A stretch of DNA of 64,000 nucleotides, from assembly GCF_006345805.1 (NCBI RefSeq), contig NC_043010.1, positions 46,190,001-46,254,000 of the forward strand, read 5' to 3'. The stretch is from Octopus sinensis. Taxonomy: Eukaryota. Positions 38,537 through 51,902 of this stretch are shown piece after piece. The position numbers and the translations under genes were made by a program. How positions within the stretch are numbered: the first letter of the stretch is position 1; the number at the start of each line of letters is the position of its first letter. Under the pieces are notes generated by a model that was given only the letters and a program-made list of their open reading frames with translations, was not told where the DNA came from and ran no database searches.

Positions 38537-38787
38537 ATCACATCATGATCAATTCAGAACAGTGAATAAATAAGCATTACATTTGACAGAATAATCTGAA
38601 TGCTAAAAGATTGATAGTTAGTGGTGGTCTTCCTTACTATATGTTTTGAGAGCTGAAAGCATGACGTTCGTGATGTAATTTCTGGCAAACAGAAATTGAA
38701 AATTTTTTTTTTAAATGTGGAAATTAACTATTTTTAAAACAAATTGAAACTTCCACTTTCAATTGATAGCTTATTTTCATCGTTTCT

Positions 38788-39190
38788 ACTCTTTTTACTC
38801 TTTTACTTGTTTCAGTCATTTGACTGTGGCCATGCTGGAGCACCGCCTTTAGTCGAGCAAATCAACCCCAGGACTTATTCTTTGTAAGCCTAGTACTTAT
38901 TCTATCGGTCTCTTTTGCCGAACCGCTAAGTTACGGCGACGTAAGCACACCAGCATCGGTTGTCAAGGGGACAAACACAGACACACAAACATATACACAC
39001 ACATATACAGATATATATACATATATACAATGGGCTTCTTTCAGTTTCCGTCTACCAAATCCACTCACAAGACTTTGGTCGGCCCGAGGCTATAGTAGAA
39101 GACACTTGCCCAAGGTGCCACGCAGTGGGACTGAACCTGGAACAATGTGGTTGGTAAACAAGCTACTTACCACACAGCCACTCCTACACC
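38788..39190 (-). mobile_element. SINE family A, inverted partner of 38140-38536
   Basis: Reverse complement with high similarity. Confidence 0.9.
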
Positions 39191-42100
39191 AGGTTATTTT
39201 TCCATTTCTGAGTGTAAACAATTGCACCACTCCATGAATATTGTTAGTCATTCACACATAATCATTTGTCTTTGTAGATTTTTGATAATTGGACAAAGTA
39301 GATAGATGAATCTATCTAATTAACCTTTGCATTTCAGACACCACAAGTAATCATAATGATTACTATATATAGCATTGCTAATTATAACTTTTCTTAAGAA
39401 GTTTAAGTGAAAATGATTAAAAAAAAAATTAAACCATTGTGGAGCAGAGAAGATATAGACTATTGCTAGCTAATCTGAACTTGAATGAGTTAATTCTGAA
39501 ACAAAATCATGGCTTTCGATGGCCTCTTAAGACTTAGTAATCTTAGTTGCAATTAGTTACAAGTGGCAATGGAATACAATGAGGTGGAGTGTAGCATAGC
39601 ATCAATTCAAGGAGAAAATATGAGAAAAGTATCTAGAAAGATAATTTCTGTGGCAGGCTGTAATTTCAGGAATTCACAAAGCTTAAGCAGGCCTTGACAC
39701 AAATAGATGGTGTAGAGAGGGTTTTTTTTCCCTTCCCACCACTGTTTTTCAAATAATAAAAGGCACTTGTACATATTTGCATGAGCTTTTTGATATCAGA
39801 AAGAAACCCAATCACAAGATGTGTCACTTACAAAAGAAAGTCATCCATTGAAATTAATTTGCTTGTGTGTATGAGAGAGACAAGCAAGAGATTATCTAAA
39901 TATCTTTTAGTTATACTGGATTTATTCATAGTATATCAATTTTATTTCACATTAATAGTAATTTATATTTTATATATTACTTGAAAAGGAAAGTGAGAGT
40001 AGAGAGGCAAGTTTTGTCTGGCGAATGTTTCAAAAAAAGATGGGTGAATGTAGCAAGGATGGCACGTATGAATTGCGAAGCCACCTTGAGCATAATCCTA
40101 TGAACCCAGAAAAATTTAAAACAGAGGGTTACTTACTTGCAACCAAATGTGTTAACATGTGACATTATTGACTGAGGTTACCATGGTCTTTTCCATAGGC
40201 TTTTCTTTCCACGGATAAACCTTATCTGCTTCCCCCTTTACACTTTACATCATGACATTTCTGTGATACACGATCCCTATTGATCGTTTTTTTTCTTTCC
40301 CTTTTACGATCCCTTTTGATCAAAAACCAACCCCCTTTTTTTTCTCCCCAAAAAGAAAAGCTCTACTTTGTAATCTGTCCCATCTGTGTGCAGCCCTGTG
40401 TGGCTAATAAAGAAACATATATTACATGACTGGACCATATACACGCACACACGCACAAGTAGATGTGCAAAACAGTAACAGAAAGAATATAAACTGAAGA
40501 CCAGTTCAAATGTGTTTGAGAAATATTTAAACCTGTAAAAGCTTTTCATTGCAGTTCATGGAAAAAAAAAATTTCATTTAAGACAAAGAGGTATTAAAAC
40601 ACCATAGTCGGCTCAGTGCTAGTGAATTCATCTCGGGCGTGTTAGTACTCTTCAGCACTAGATACCAAGGGAGGCAACTCTGAGCTAATTAGAAAACTGT
40701 GCTTTCTTTATGGTAAATCTGCCAATATTAACTATTAATGGTGCACATCAGCCACAGCAGGCTGGAATGAATTCAAGAGTAGGTCTACAAATCAGCAGCA
40801 AAAAGAATATATATACAAACTTCAGACCAGTTCAAATATATCTGAGAGATATTTGGATCTATGAAGGTTATTCACTGCAGTTTGTTGTAGAGAATATTTG
40901 CATTTGGTCAGAATAATCTGAATGTTATCATTAGAATTCAATCTATTCTTGGCTTACAAAATGTGTTGTACTCTGTGTGGCAGTAAAGAAAGTAAATGTG
41001 TATACATTGAGGTGTAAAACTACTATTTTGCACATAGAATCAAACTATTATAAGTAAAGTTTGTTTAGCTGGTGCAATCTATATTTGTATAGTGATTTAA
41101 TGTGCAGTATCTCTTTATTGCAGCAGTTAAATCCATTGAAGAAAACCAAAATAAAAAAACAAATTGATTTAATTCTAAGGAATTATGGTGAAAGATAGGA
41201 TAATGGGTTCTATTTTAATGATTATAAAAGTTTTTTTTGTAGTAATGGCAGTAAAAATAAAAAAGATTACAGCACCAAAAAGTGTCGTTAATTAGGTAGA
41301 TCTTTGTAAAGGCAAGTTTATTAATCAGGCAGATGAGTTTTTATTGAATATAGTACAGAAAGAATATAAGTCATTAAAAAGTGATTAAACCCTATTTTGA
41401 GAAATAAACTGTATGAGGATGTATAATTTGATCACTGCATGGTGTCAGCAGCTGTTGGAAGTAGGTATTACGACACCAATCAAAAGAAAATAAAACCTAC
41501 AAAATGTTTGAATTTTTCTCAAAGAAATACTTATTTTTGGTTGAAATCAAGTTATTTAATGTGTTCAGTAAAGAAGAAAAAGGAAAAATAATAAAATATT
41601 CAGGTTTAATTATAACCAAAATTTGACACGGATTCTAATATAATTAACTTGATTCTTTTAATCTTGATCATACTATCAGCAAACATTTTCAATAATACAG
41701 GGTTTAATCTTTACCATTCTTCTCTGAACTGCTGCAAGTAAAAGTTTCATGCTTTTAACATTGTTGTTGCTTTAATGCCCACTTTTCCGTGCTTGCATGG
41801 GTCAGATGGAATATTATTGAGGCAGATTTTCTGCAGCTGGATGCCCTTCCTGTTGCCAACCCTCAACATTTTCAAGTAAAGAAATAATTCCCTATGACCA
41901 AATATGGAAGATAACAAAGGCAATACTTGCATGATGGCCTCTCTCTCTTTCTATCTCCCTCTCTCCCTCTCCCCCTCCCCCTTTCTCTCCCTCACATACA
42001 CACCTACACACACATTCACATACAATAGTCTTCTTTGAATTTCCATCTACCAAATTCCCTCAGAAGGCTTTGGTTGGACTGAGGCTATAGTGGAAGACAC

Positions 42101-42268
42101 TTACACAAGGTGCCACACAGTGGGATTGAACCCAGAGCCATGTGGTTGGGAAGCAAACTTCTTACTACCTGTCTGCAGTCCTTGAGTTTAATTCTAACTT
42201 AATGGTTTGCCTTAAAGATTCAGCAAACTTTGAGTCTGGAGAGTGTTGGGGTCAAAAGAAAATCTTTG

Positions 42269-42515
42269 TTGCTCTTTTACACTTTTACTTTGTTTCAGTC
42301 ATTTGATTGCAGTCATGCTGGAGCACCACCTTGAAGGGTTTTAGATGAACAAATCGACCCCCAAGACTTATTTCTTAAGCCTAGTACTTATTCTATCATT
42401 CTCTTTTGCTGAACCACTAAGTTATGAGGATGTAAACACACCAACACCAGTTGTCAAGCAGTGATGGCGGGACAAACACAGACACAAAACACATACATAG
42501 ATATACATACATACA

Positions 42516-42546
<31 letters not shown>

Positions 42547-42765
42547 CCCATGCTAGCATGGAAAGTGGACGCTAAACGATGATGATGATGATGATGATGA
42601 TGATGATATATAATGGGCTTCTTTCAGTTTCTGTCTCCCAAATCCATTCACAAGGCTTTGGTCAACCCGAGGCTACAGTAGAAGAAACTTGCCCAAGGTG
42701 TTAGTGGGACTGAACCTGGAACCATGTGCTTGGGAAGCGAGCTTCTTACTACACAGCCACACCTG
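42269..42765 (-). mobile_element. SINE family A with an RTE tail fragment (~42545-42610) in its linker
   Basis: Head caggtgtggctgtgtag at 42765 and tail near 42270. Confidence 0.85.
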
Positions 42766-42766
42766 G

Positions 42767-42864
42767 AACATAGAACGCTTCATAAATTTGTGTGTCGTTC
42801 TTTCACAGGAGCCATGCTAATCTTCTCTGTATCATTCCAATTTTAGTATGTGTTTTGCCTAAAC
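42767..42864 (-). pseudogene. U6: U6 snRNA pseudogene
   Basis: ATACTAAAATTGGAATGATACAGAGAAGATTAGCATGGC..GAAGCGTTC. About 16 of 98 positions mismatch the vertebrate U6 sequence as I recall it, several consistent with CpG decay. Confidence 0.92.
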
Positions 42865-42961
42865 AATTTGAGAATCTTTGATAAATTTGAAAGATTGAGC
42901 AGATGCATTATCATATTGCCATATTACCACCTCTGAATAAGTAAGCTGTTGTGTTAAAGAA

Positions 42962-43298
42962 GGTGCATGGCTCAGTGGTTAGAGCATCGAGCTTACGATC
43001 GTGAGGTTGTGAGCTCGAATCCCGGACCGGGCTGTGTGTTGTGTTCTTGAGCAAGGCACTTTATTTCACGTTGCTCCAGTTCACTCAGCTGTAGAAATGA
43101 GTTGCGACGTCACTGGTGCCAAGCTGTATCGACCTTTGTCTTTCCCTTAGATAACACTGGTGGCGTGGAGAGGGGAGGCTGGTATGCATGGGTGACTGCT
43201 GGTCTTCCATAAACAACCTTGCCCGAACTTGTGTCTAGGAGGGTAACTTTCTAGGTGCAATCCCATGGTCATTCATGACCGAAGGGGGTCTTTACCCT
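42962..43298 (+). mobile_element. Full-length tRNA-derived SINE family E
   Basis: A box tggctcagtggttag and B box gagctcgaatcc. The TSD TTAAAGAA is at 42954-42961 and 43299-43306. Confidence 0.85.
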
Positions 43299-44629
43299 TT
43301 AAAGAAAGGAAACAATAAATGACTTAGTTCTATTACAGAGCATAGCATTTTTATGGCATGGTTAAAATACTTTGACTTGTGAAACACCAGCATACTTGAT
43401 GCTTCATACAAGAAATGAATATCAATGTATAAGTTCATTTAAAAAAAAATACTTGTCATATGATTACAAATTCCTATTTTACTGTCAGAAAATCAGAAAT
43501 TCTCTCTAAGATAGTGCAAAATATTGAAATGCATTTTAACAGTTCTTGAATTCAATTTTGACTTATGAATTACAATAAAGATTTGGTATATGGTAGACTT
43601 CAAGTCTGGAGACTGTTTCTTTGAGGAACCATATTTTGATAAATTTGAAGCAATGAGCAGGTGCATTATAATGGTTAGTCATGTTAGTCAGGCTTAATAA
43701 GTTAGGGAGGAAAGACACTTTTGAAACATATTCGCATTTTGACACCATTCATTGACACCTTCATGGCTAAGAATGCCTTATACAATTCTTTGTCCAGTGA
43801 AACATCTCTACACTCTCTTACTAATCTTCACCAAATCTTGTCCTAAACAATCTTCCCAATTATTTGATTTTCCAAGACACCTACAAAAAAAAAAAAAAAA
43901 AAAGAAAATGCTAAATTATCCAAGAGAAACAATAATGCTAGCAAAACAAATGAAGAATTTTCTAGCTACGCCCTTTTCTTATCATGTTTAGTGATGTGTT
44001 TCTTTAATCTAAAGAGAACACACATAACCATCTTGATGAAATTTTGGCAATTTGCAGGAGTTAGTTTTGTTTTTAATTTTCTATTTCTCTTGAGATAAAG
44101 AATGCCCTCATAATACATTAAAGTAAATTAAATTGGCTATACTCTCTCTTTGGGAGGAGTGGGGTCTGAAGGATCCAAGAATATAAATATTGAGACATAA
44201 GGTGGGTGGGGTCAGTGGTCTAATTAATCTTCACTATTAAAGCTATTGTTAATGTCACAAGCATGGCAATCTAATTATTGAAAATTATTTACATTCGAAA
44301 TTACTTTCTTTGGTTTGTTAAACCACTCACTGGTTGCGTCAGTTCAAAGGCAAAAATATCATCTCAGATTTTCCTTTGCATTGAATGAGTGAGATAAATT
44401 TCCTCATTGTTGTGCTCTTATTATTATATTCCAGTATTTAGCACTATTTAATAGATAATTTCAAAGTCTTATGGGCTTTGCTTCAGAACATATTAGTAGA
44501 ACGTAAACTTGTGGTCATGTGATAATGATTTTTTATGTATTAGTACTTAGTTCTCTTGAGAATAAGACTTGTCTTCTGTAAGGAACTCGGTACAAGAAAC
44601 ATATCCAACCTATTGAAAACTGTTCTTTT

Positions 44630-45094
44630 TTAACCCTTTTGTTACTGTATTTCTGTTGAGATGCTCTGTGTTTCTTTCAATTACTTTAATTATAACAAAG
44701 AATTTAGTAAAATAACTTAGTTATCATTTAGCTAGTGTTAGGAACATAAATTGTGACTAAGGTTTGATGGAAGATTTTAATTCAAAACTTATGGAAACAA
44801 GACATTTGTACTCAGAGCCAGATGCGGTTTCAACCAGGTTGGTAACGAAAGGGCTAATTAATTAGATTTAACCCTTTAACATTCAGATTTCTCTGTCAAA
44901 GGTAATACTTATTTATTCACTTTGATATGAATTAGTCATGCATTACCTTGTAGTTTTGAGATTTCAGTGGTGTGATTGTTTACCTTTAGAATGACATTGT
45001 AGGTAGGTGTGAGAGGCTGGCTCTGGCTAGTTTGAGTATTAAACAAGTAGAATATTTTGGCCAGATATGACTGGTTTAAATGCTAAAGAGTTAA
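44630..45094 (+). mobile_element. Adjacent TTAA MITEs: family B (44630-44857) and family A (44868-45094)
   Basis: TTAA-CCC termini and similarity to 19809-20038 and 664-892. Other family A copies: ~45490-45724, 46830-47049(-), ~50778-50950(-), ~55150-55330, 58107-58334. Confidence 0.8.
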
Positions 45095-45761
45095 TGATTT
45101 GCCAAATATTTGTGTTGCTGTGTGTATAACTCTAAATTACTAAAGTTGAGATGATAATTATGTCTGTTTTTCTCAGTTTACAATGGTATGTAGATTTACA
45201 AAGGATACAAATATACCAGTATAGAAAACAAATGTCCACACCTTTGGTAATTTGCTGTGCTTCAGAAGACACATCCAGCCAAGTTAAATCATGGTTGTGG
45301 TTAGTGCTGGTGACATGTAAAAAGGCACTTGTGTCGGTAACACATAAAAGGCACCCTCTACACTCTTGGAGTGCTTGGTGTTAAGAACATCCAGCTGTAG
45401 AAACCAAGCCAAATCAGACTGGCGCCTGGTATAGCTACCCAGCTTATCAGTCCCAATCAAACCGTCTAACCCATGCCAGCACGGAAAACCGATGCTAATT
45501 GATGATGATGATTAGCATTCAGATTACTCTCTCAAATGTAATGCATTTTTATTCACATTATTTTGAATTAATCATATATTACCCTGTAGCTAAGAGATTT
45601 TCATGGCATGATTGCTTATAATAACATTGTAGGATAAGTATGAGAGACCAGATCTTGCCAGTTTTAACACAAAAATGGTAGAATATTTTGGCTGGATATG
45701 GCTGGTTTAAATGCTAAAGGGTTAAGCATTATCATGAACTCAGTCAATATTTTATTTATCA

Positions 45762-46126
45762 CTAGCACATTTGACCCGGCGTTGCCGGGTCATAGTGCTG
45801 GTGCATGCATATACAGCTACATGCATGCGCACATACATGCGAGTACTGTCCAAATCTCCGACGAATCACATACAGCTAGCTGGCATTCAATTGGCGTATC
45901 AAGTTTCGGGCATTTTGATTGGGTTTTGAATAGAAATTTCACAAAAAAGTCACTTCTATTGATTTTTTAATGGCTTTGCGGGGTGACTGGGGAAATGTAA
46001 AGATGTGCACGACCACCCTTGGACGGTTTTGAATGACCATAGAAAGTGCGAGCCCTCTAACTGAAAAATTGTGGATTTGTATAAAGGACACACGCGCAGA
46101 CATTTTGCCATTTATTTATATAGAGA
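45762..46126 (-). mobile_element. Full-length non-autonomous Helitron, family H2
   Basis: 5' TC after A and 3' CTAG before T. Perfect hairpin GACCCGGC-GTT-GCCGGGTC at 45773-45791. Confidence 0.85.
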
Positions 46127-48137
46127 TTTTATTTCCTCTGTATTTCTGTTTTATCCATATCTAATTTTTGCACAAATATTTTTTATTTCTATGAAAGTTT
46201 AAGCTGTAAAATACTAGTTGGACAGGAATCTTTTATCTTTTACTTGTTTTTCCATCATTGAGATTCAGCCACGCTGGGGGTTTTAGGTCAAACAAATTGA
46301 CTCCAGTGTTTATTTTTGAAGTTTGGTACTTCTTCTATTGATTTCTGTTGCCGGAGTGCTAAGTTATGAGGATGTAAATGAATCAACACCAGTGGGGGAA
46401 CACACACACACAGCAGGCTTAACAAAATTCACAAGGCATTGGTTGACCTAGGACTAGAGTAAAATACACTTTACCCAAGGTACCATACTGTGGGATTGAA
46501 CCTGAAATCACGTAGTTTCTATGCAAGCTTCTTGACCACACAACCATACCTGTTCCTATGTACATATTTTTAAAGAAATTGATTCATAACTTGGCATTTG
46601 TTCAACCAGTTTTGAGTTATTAACTATTAAAGAGTAGATGAGATTGAAGGTATTTTGGTATGCAATTGAAATGGCTGTATTCAAAGTAGAAACATTATTG
46701 ATTCATTTAGATTTCATTTAATCTAATCTTTTACATTTACATTGTTTCAATTCAAGCCAACAAGGGAACCTCTGTAGTAACTTGACCTACAAGAATTAGC
46801 AGTCAAATTTGCTTCAAGCTACACCTGCCTTAACCTGTTAGCATTTAAACTGGCCATAACTGGCCCCAAATATTCTACCTGTTCTAAGTTCAAACTGACC
46901 AGATCTGGCCTCTCACACCTACCCTACAATGTCATTCTAAAAATATATAGTTGCATCATTGAAATCTCAAAGCTATGAGATAATACATTATTAATTGGAA
47001 ATGATGTGAATAAATAAGCTTTACATTTGGCAGAGTAATCTGAATGCTACATTGGATGATGTGATCCTTGAGAATAAAGACTGCACCATCATTGTTTGAA
47101 CACCAGCCGTTCATTGCCTGGGATGAAACAACAACAACAACACTACTTTTTTGAATGTGTTGAATTGAAGTAATGTCCCTTCAAGAATAGAAATTGAACT
47201 TGTGACACATAGATTAGTATTCTCTCTAGCCTACTTGGTCACACAAACTGTTTTTCACCATTTGACCATTTTATTTAAATTTGGTAACCTTTTGCCTGTC
47301 TTGTGTACTACATGTGATACACAGGAAATATTTCCCTGGTGTCCAACCATCATATATAACAACACATTCACAATTGTTTTCAATCTTTAGAGTAATTTGG
47401 GACCTATTAAAGGAAAGCTTTATATTACTCAGAATGTACGAAACTTGGATTAATAAAAAGCATGGACATTTTAACAAAACTTATGAAAATTTTTTTGAAC
47501 AGGCAAATGGTTAAAATTAAATATTTCATGAATGTCATTCGTTTATTTGCTGAGGCATTAGGGAAATATTTTCCCTTGTTTTAGAACGTGGCAGTTTATG
47601 ATTTCTCACTTTCATAATAGCCATTCAGTTTGCTGTGAATATATTTTCTCTTATGTGTCAACATAGTATTGATTTTTTTTTTACATAGACAACAAAGAGT
47701 AATCATATGTTCTGTACATGCACTTCCACAAGTGCATTATTGACATAGAGAAATAAAATTGTTACAACCAGTAATCAAAGCTGAGTTATAAAACGGCTTT
47801 TCAAGATCCCCCACCTCCACACATAACCTTCATATTATATTATTTAGGTGAGTTACACATTTACCTTTTTATAAAGTGATACATGAGTATTTTATAAATA
47901 ATGATAACAAAGAAAAAAATCTTTTATTAGTTATGATATAAAAGCTTGAAGAAAATCAAATGCTTTGATTCTTTGTAATTTCTTTATGATGTTCTTAAGC
48001 TGAATTTATATCTTATTTTTAAATACTAGAAATTGATTTCTTAGCATCTGTTTGAACAGCTGGCCATGTCGTTTGTGTAGAATGCAGCTTTTTATACTCT
48101 TTCCATTTTAACAACAGTGTTATGATACTTCTTTCAG

Positions 48138-48167
48138 ATCTATATTCTCGCCCGCTTTCTCTGATTG
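48138..48167 (+). CDS. Candidate 30-bp micro-exon (unverified)
   Basis: cttctttcag| ... |gtatgt. Two frames are open: (D)LYSRPLSLI and SIFSPAFSD. Confidence 0.25.
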
Positions 48168-49355
48168 GTATGTGTCTTGATTATTTTTCATTTTTAACAT
48201 GCATGTGCATGTTGCTGATGCCTCAACCAGAGGACATTACTGAGTTTATTTCTCCCTAAGTGGAGTCTGCTTAAACAAGAAGAAAAATTAATAAAAAAAA
48301 AAAAGATAACATTGGAAGATGGCTTTTAGTTAGGTTATCTTAAGATATTTTCCAGTGTCATTATCTATTAAAAACATGCAGCATGCATATGTGCACAGCT
48401 GTGGATGCAACCTCAACTGTAGTTAGGAAATATGATTTCCAGGGACTTGGTTTCAAATCATATCTCATCAGATCTCGCAGCACAGCACTTTGACCAAGTG
48501 TCTTCTACCATCACCTTGTGTTGACCCCAAATGTTTTTGTGTACAATTTGTTACACAGAAACTGTGGGAAAACCAAGGTTGTTCCTGTTCATGGATCATA
48601 TAGACTTAATCTACTTGACCCTTGCTGCCATTAGCAGTGTCTATGTTTTGCAGGCACTCAGAGTAGGTGCCTGGTCTGAAAGTAACTTTCTCTTTTTCTC
48701 CCACTATTCCTGGAACCCTAAAAAATTATTTTTGGTTCAGAGCTGGTAACCATGTAGATTCCCTCATTGGCCACAATAACTTGTTAGTTTCACAGCTCTA
48801 TAGTCGATGACCTTTGACCAGTTTGTCTGTTAGGTTTCCACTTTGCAATGAATCCTTGTTAATTACCTGTCTATAAGAACTTAAGATTCTGCTAGTCGAA
48901 ACTTTATTTACAAGTCAGTTTGGTTTGTTGTAAAGGAGGCACAAATAAACATAGAAGAAATCACTAAGTCAGAGATATTAAAAAGAAAACAAACATTTGG
49001 TAATGAAATATCTTGGAAAAAACTTTTGGTAGTGCTTTTCTTTATCCCTTGTGTGTTTTACAACTGATAACAGGTATTCTTTCTAGTGAGAGTAGCTAAG
49101 ATTGTGTGTTACAAATTGTGGCTTCAAGGCTTACCTGAAGCCATTTAAAAAGCCTCAGAAAAGCTCGGAAGATCCAGCAATCCTTGCAAGCATCATTGAG
49201 ATTTTGTGCTTCAACCAAAATATATATGTGATGATGATGATGATGATCACTCCTGTCATTTCGACATATGAGTATTTGAAGGAGAGGGGTTCAAAAAAAA
49301 AAAGAAGTTTAAAGAAGCTGCGTCTATTTGCAATGGATGCATGAATATAATATAC

Positions 49356-49649
49356 ATATTGAGGGAAAACAAGAAGAAAATGGAAAATAAATGGATGTAA
49401 TTACCAATTTATTTGTATGTTACAAAAAGATGACATTTTTTAAAAAAGCATTTCAAATAAATTGATTGGAAGTTGAAAGCTCAACAAAAAAATAAATTAA
49501 GATAAAAAAGAAAAAAAAGAACCTACATATGTTTCAGTCCTATCATCGAGTTGATGGGAATTTCCAACCATTTTGTTGAATGTCAAGAAAGATGCCACAT
49601 AAATTAGTAATTACATCCATTTATTCTCCATCTTGTTTTCCCTCATTAT
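49356..49649 (-). mobile_element. Old Penelope-like remnant: inverted arms around a decayed hammerhead
   Basis: Arms at 49356-49412 and 49599-49649. The minus strand reads TCGATGA-TAGGACT-GAAAC-ATAT-GTA at ~49549-49524. Confidence 0.5.
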
Positions 49650-49668
49650 TGATAATTTCAATAATCCT

Positions 49669-49730
49669 GTTTCTCATTATATAATATGGATTAAACCAGT
49701 TTCTCATTATATAATATGGATTAAATCAGT
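49669..49730. repeat. 30-bp tandem duplication
   Basis: gtttctcattatataatatggattaaa(c/t)ca x2. Confidence 0.95.
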
Positions 49731-50545
49731 GGAATACTTTTAACTATATAATCCCTTATGAAGATATGATTTCCTCAAATTAACTATATATATCTTCAGC
49801 TAATGACTAATATGTGTTCTGATAATTCATATGCTCAGTTCTCAGTTTTTGCCAAACTATCTCAGTTTATATGAACTTATATATTTTTTCCCTTCATTGA
49901 AAAAAACAAAATACATAGCAAGTGTTAATCTTGTAGCTAATAGATTTATTAATTCCTGTAGATCATATGACATGCTTTAATCTCATAATTTAATTAAATA
50001 TCAACCAAATTATTCTTTTAGCAAATTGCAAGAATGGTTTGTTTTATATATTTTATAGCTTCAGAATTTTTATTATGATTATTTTTTTCTATTACTTTTA
50101 TTGAAATAAAATTTGCAGGAAATTAAGAAATTCTAGTTTATTTTATTAAATAACTTTAGTCATTAAGAAATCCATGAATTTCAATATAAATATTATGTGA
50201 ATGCATTTTGTTTTCTTAAGATGTTGTTGAGTCTTTAGTTGCCAATGGGTATTTTCATTTTTATACAGTTTAGAATAATGAATGTTATTGTTTCATTTCT
50301 GAAATCAAATTATTCGTGAAAAAAATTAAAACTTTCATGCTCACTAGAATGAATGAATATGTCTTACTTGTTTGTCGGTGTCATTGACTGTGGTTGTGGT
50401 GGGGCATCACCTTGAAAGATTTTTGTTGAGTAAATTGACCCGGTACTTAAGTCTAGTATTTATTCTATCAGTTTCTTTTGCTGAACCCTAAATCATGGAA
50501 ATGCAAATGAACCAACATCAGTTTTCCAGTGGTGTGGGAGGACAA

Positions 50546-50583
<38 letters not shown>

Positions 50584-51418
50584 CTGGCTTCTGTATAGTT
50601 TCCATCTGCCAAATTTATTCACACCGCATTGGTTAGTAGCATGGAGATATAGAAGACACTTGTCCTGGATGCTGCACAGTGGTGGGGACTGAACCTGAAA
50701 CCTCGTGGTTGCAAGTGACCTTCTTAACCACACAACCATGTGTGTGTGTATGTGTGTGTGTGTCTGTGTGTGTGTGTTCCTTTAGCATTTAAACTGGCCA
50801 TATTTGGCCAAAATAATCTGCATTTTTTATGTTTAAGCTGACCAGATTCAGCCTCTCACACCTACTCTAAAAATGAACAATTATATCATTGAAATCTCAA
50901 TAGTACAAGATAATGCCTGATTAATTCAAAACACAGTGAATAAATAAGCATTCATGTAATTACTTTTACTCTTTCTCGAGAGCCACATTCAAAGTATTAT
51001 TATATATATATAAATTTACTCCTCCTGTATGTGTGTATTTTATAAGAAAAATAAATGTAATAACTGAAGTAGAAAAAAGATCAATTTCATATACAAACTT
51101 CTGTTTATTATATGACAATAATAAGTGAATTGTATGTGTTATTTTGGCAATTATATAATACACAAGGCTTTGGCTAGCACAGAGCTGTAATGAAAGAGAA
51201 TTGCCCAACATGCCACACAGTGGGACTGAACCTAAAGCAACATGGTTGAAAAGCAAGTTTCTCAACCGCACAGCCACACCTATAAAGGAGAAATACATTT
51301 TGGATAATATGCTCCTTGATACAATATACTTAACAAAAAGATGGGATGTTTATGGTGAGAAGACCTTTGATTTTAATTTTTACTCGAGCAACACAACAAC
51401 TAACAACACTACACCTTA

Positions 51419-51902
51419 CAGGGTGTTCCAGAATTATCTATCTGTTTCAATGAAACTGGGCAAATTTGAAAAAAACTGACAGAATTTTATGTTTATTACC
51501 AAAACAAATAAATTTATAGATCTTATGTCAAACTTTTATTGAAAATTTCCAACATGTCTGTATCCCTGCATACTTCAAATCTCTCCTTAGTGTTGTGAAA
51601 CATATTTTGAAGCATTTCAGGAGTTAGCTCCTGCACTGCTAACTGAATGTGTTCTTTAAGCTCACCTAAACGTTGGCTCCATCTTGGGGATGAAGGTAAA
51701 GAAAATGATTGCTGCCAAATTGAAAGAAAGCTGTCATGGACAAATAAGAGGGGTCCAACAAGAATGAAAATAAAATTATAAACAAAACTTTAAATTGATA
51801 CACTTTTAACATATATTAAATATGATAAACATAAATAAAAGTGAGTTTTTAAAAAAATGCATCCGATTTCACTCAAATCATCATTAATTCTGGGACACCC
51901 TG
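51419..51902 (-). mobile_element. Internally deleted Tc1/mariner-superfamily element
   Basis: TIRs cagggtgttccagaatta / taattctgggacaccctg. C-terminal remnant ELKEHIQLAVQELTPEMLQNMFHNTKERFEVC. Confidence 0.75.

Noticed and set aside
42767-42864. Functional U6 gene
   Set aside because: It has ~16% divergence, no terminal U-tract, a mismatched 5' end and no evident upstream TATA.
42962-43035. tRNA gene, and likewise the heads at 13967, 20994 and 38140
   Set aside because: These are SINE heads that continue into repeat bodies, with TSDs where checked. I found no complete cloverleaf.
47271-47514. Either a plus-strand exon or a minus-strand hAT fragment (VIYDGWT..FLCIT)
   Set aside because: Both readings are plausible and neither can be supported without a homology search.
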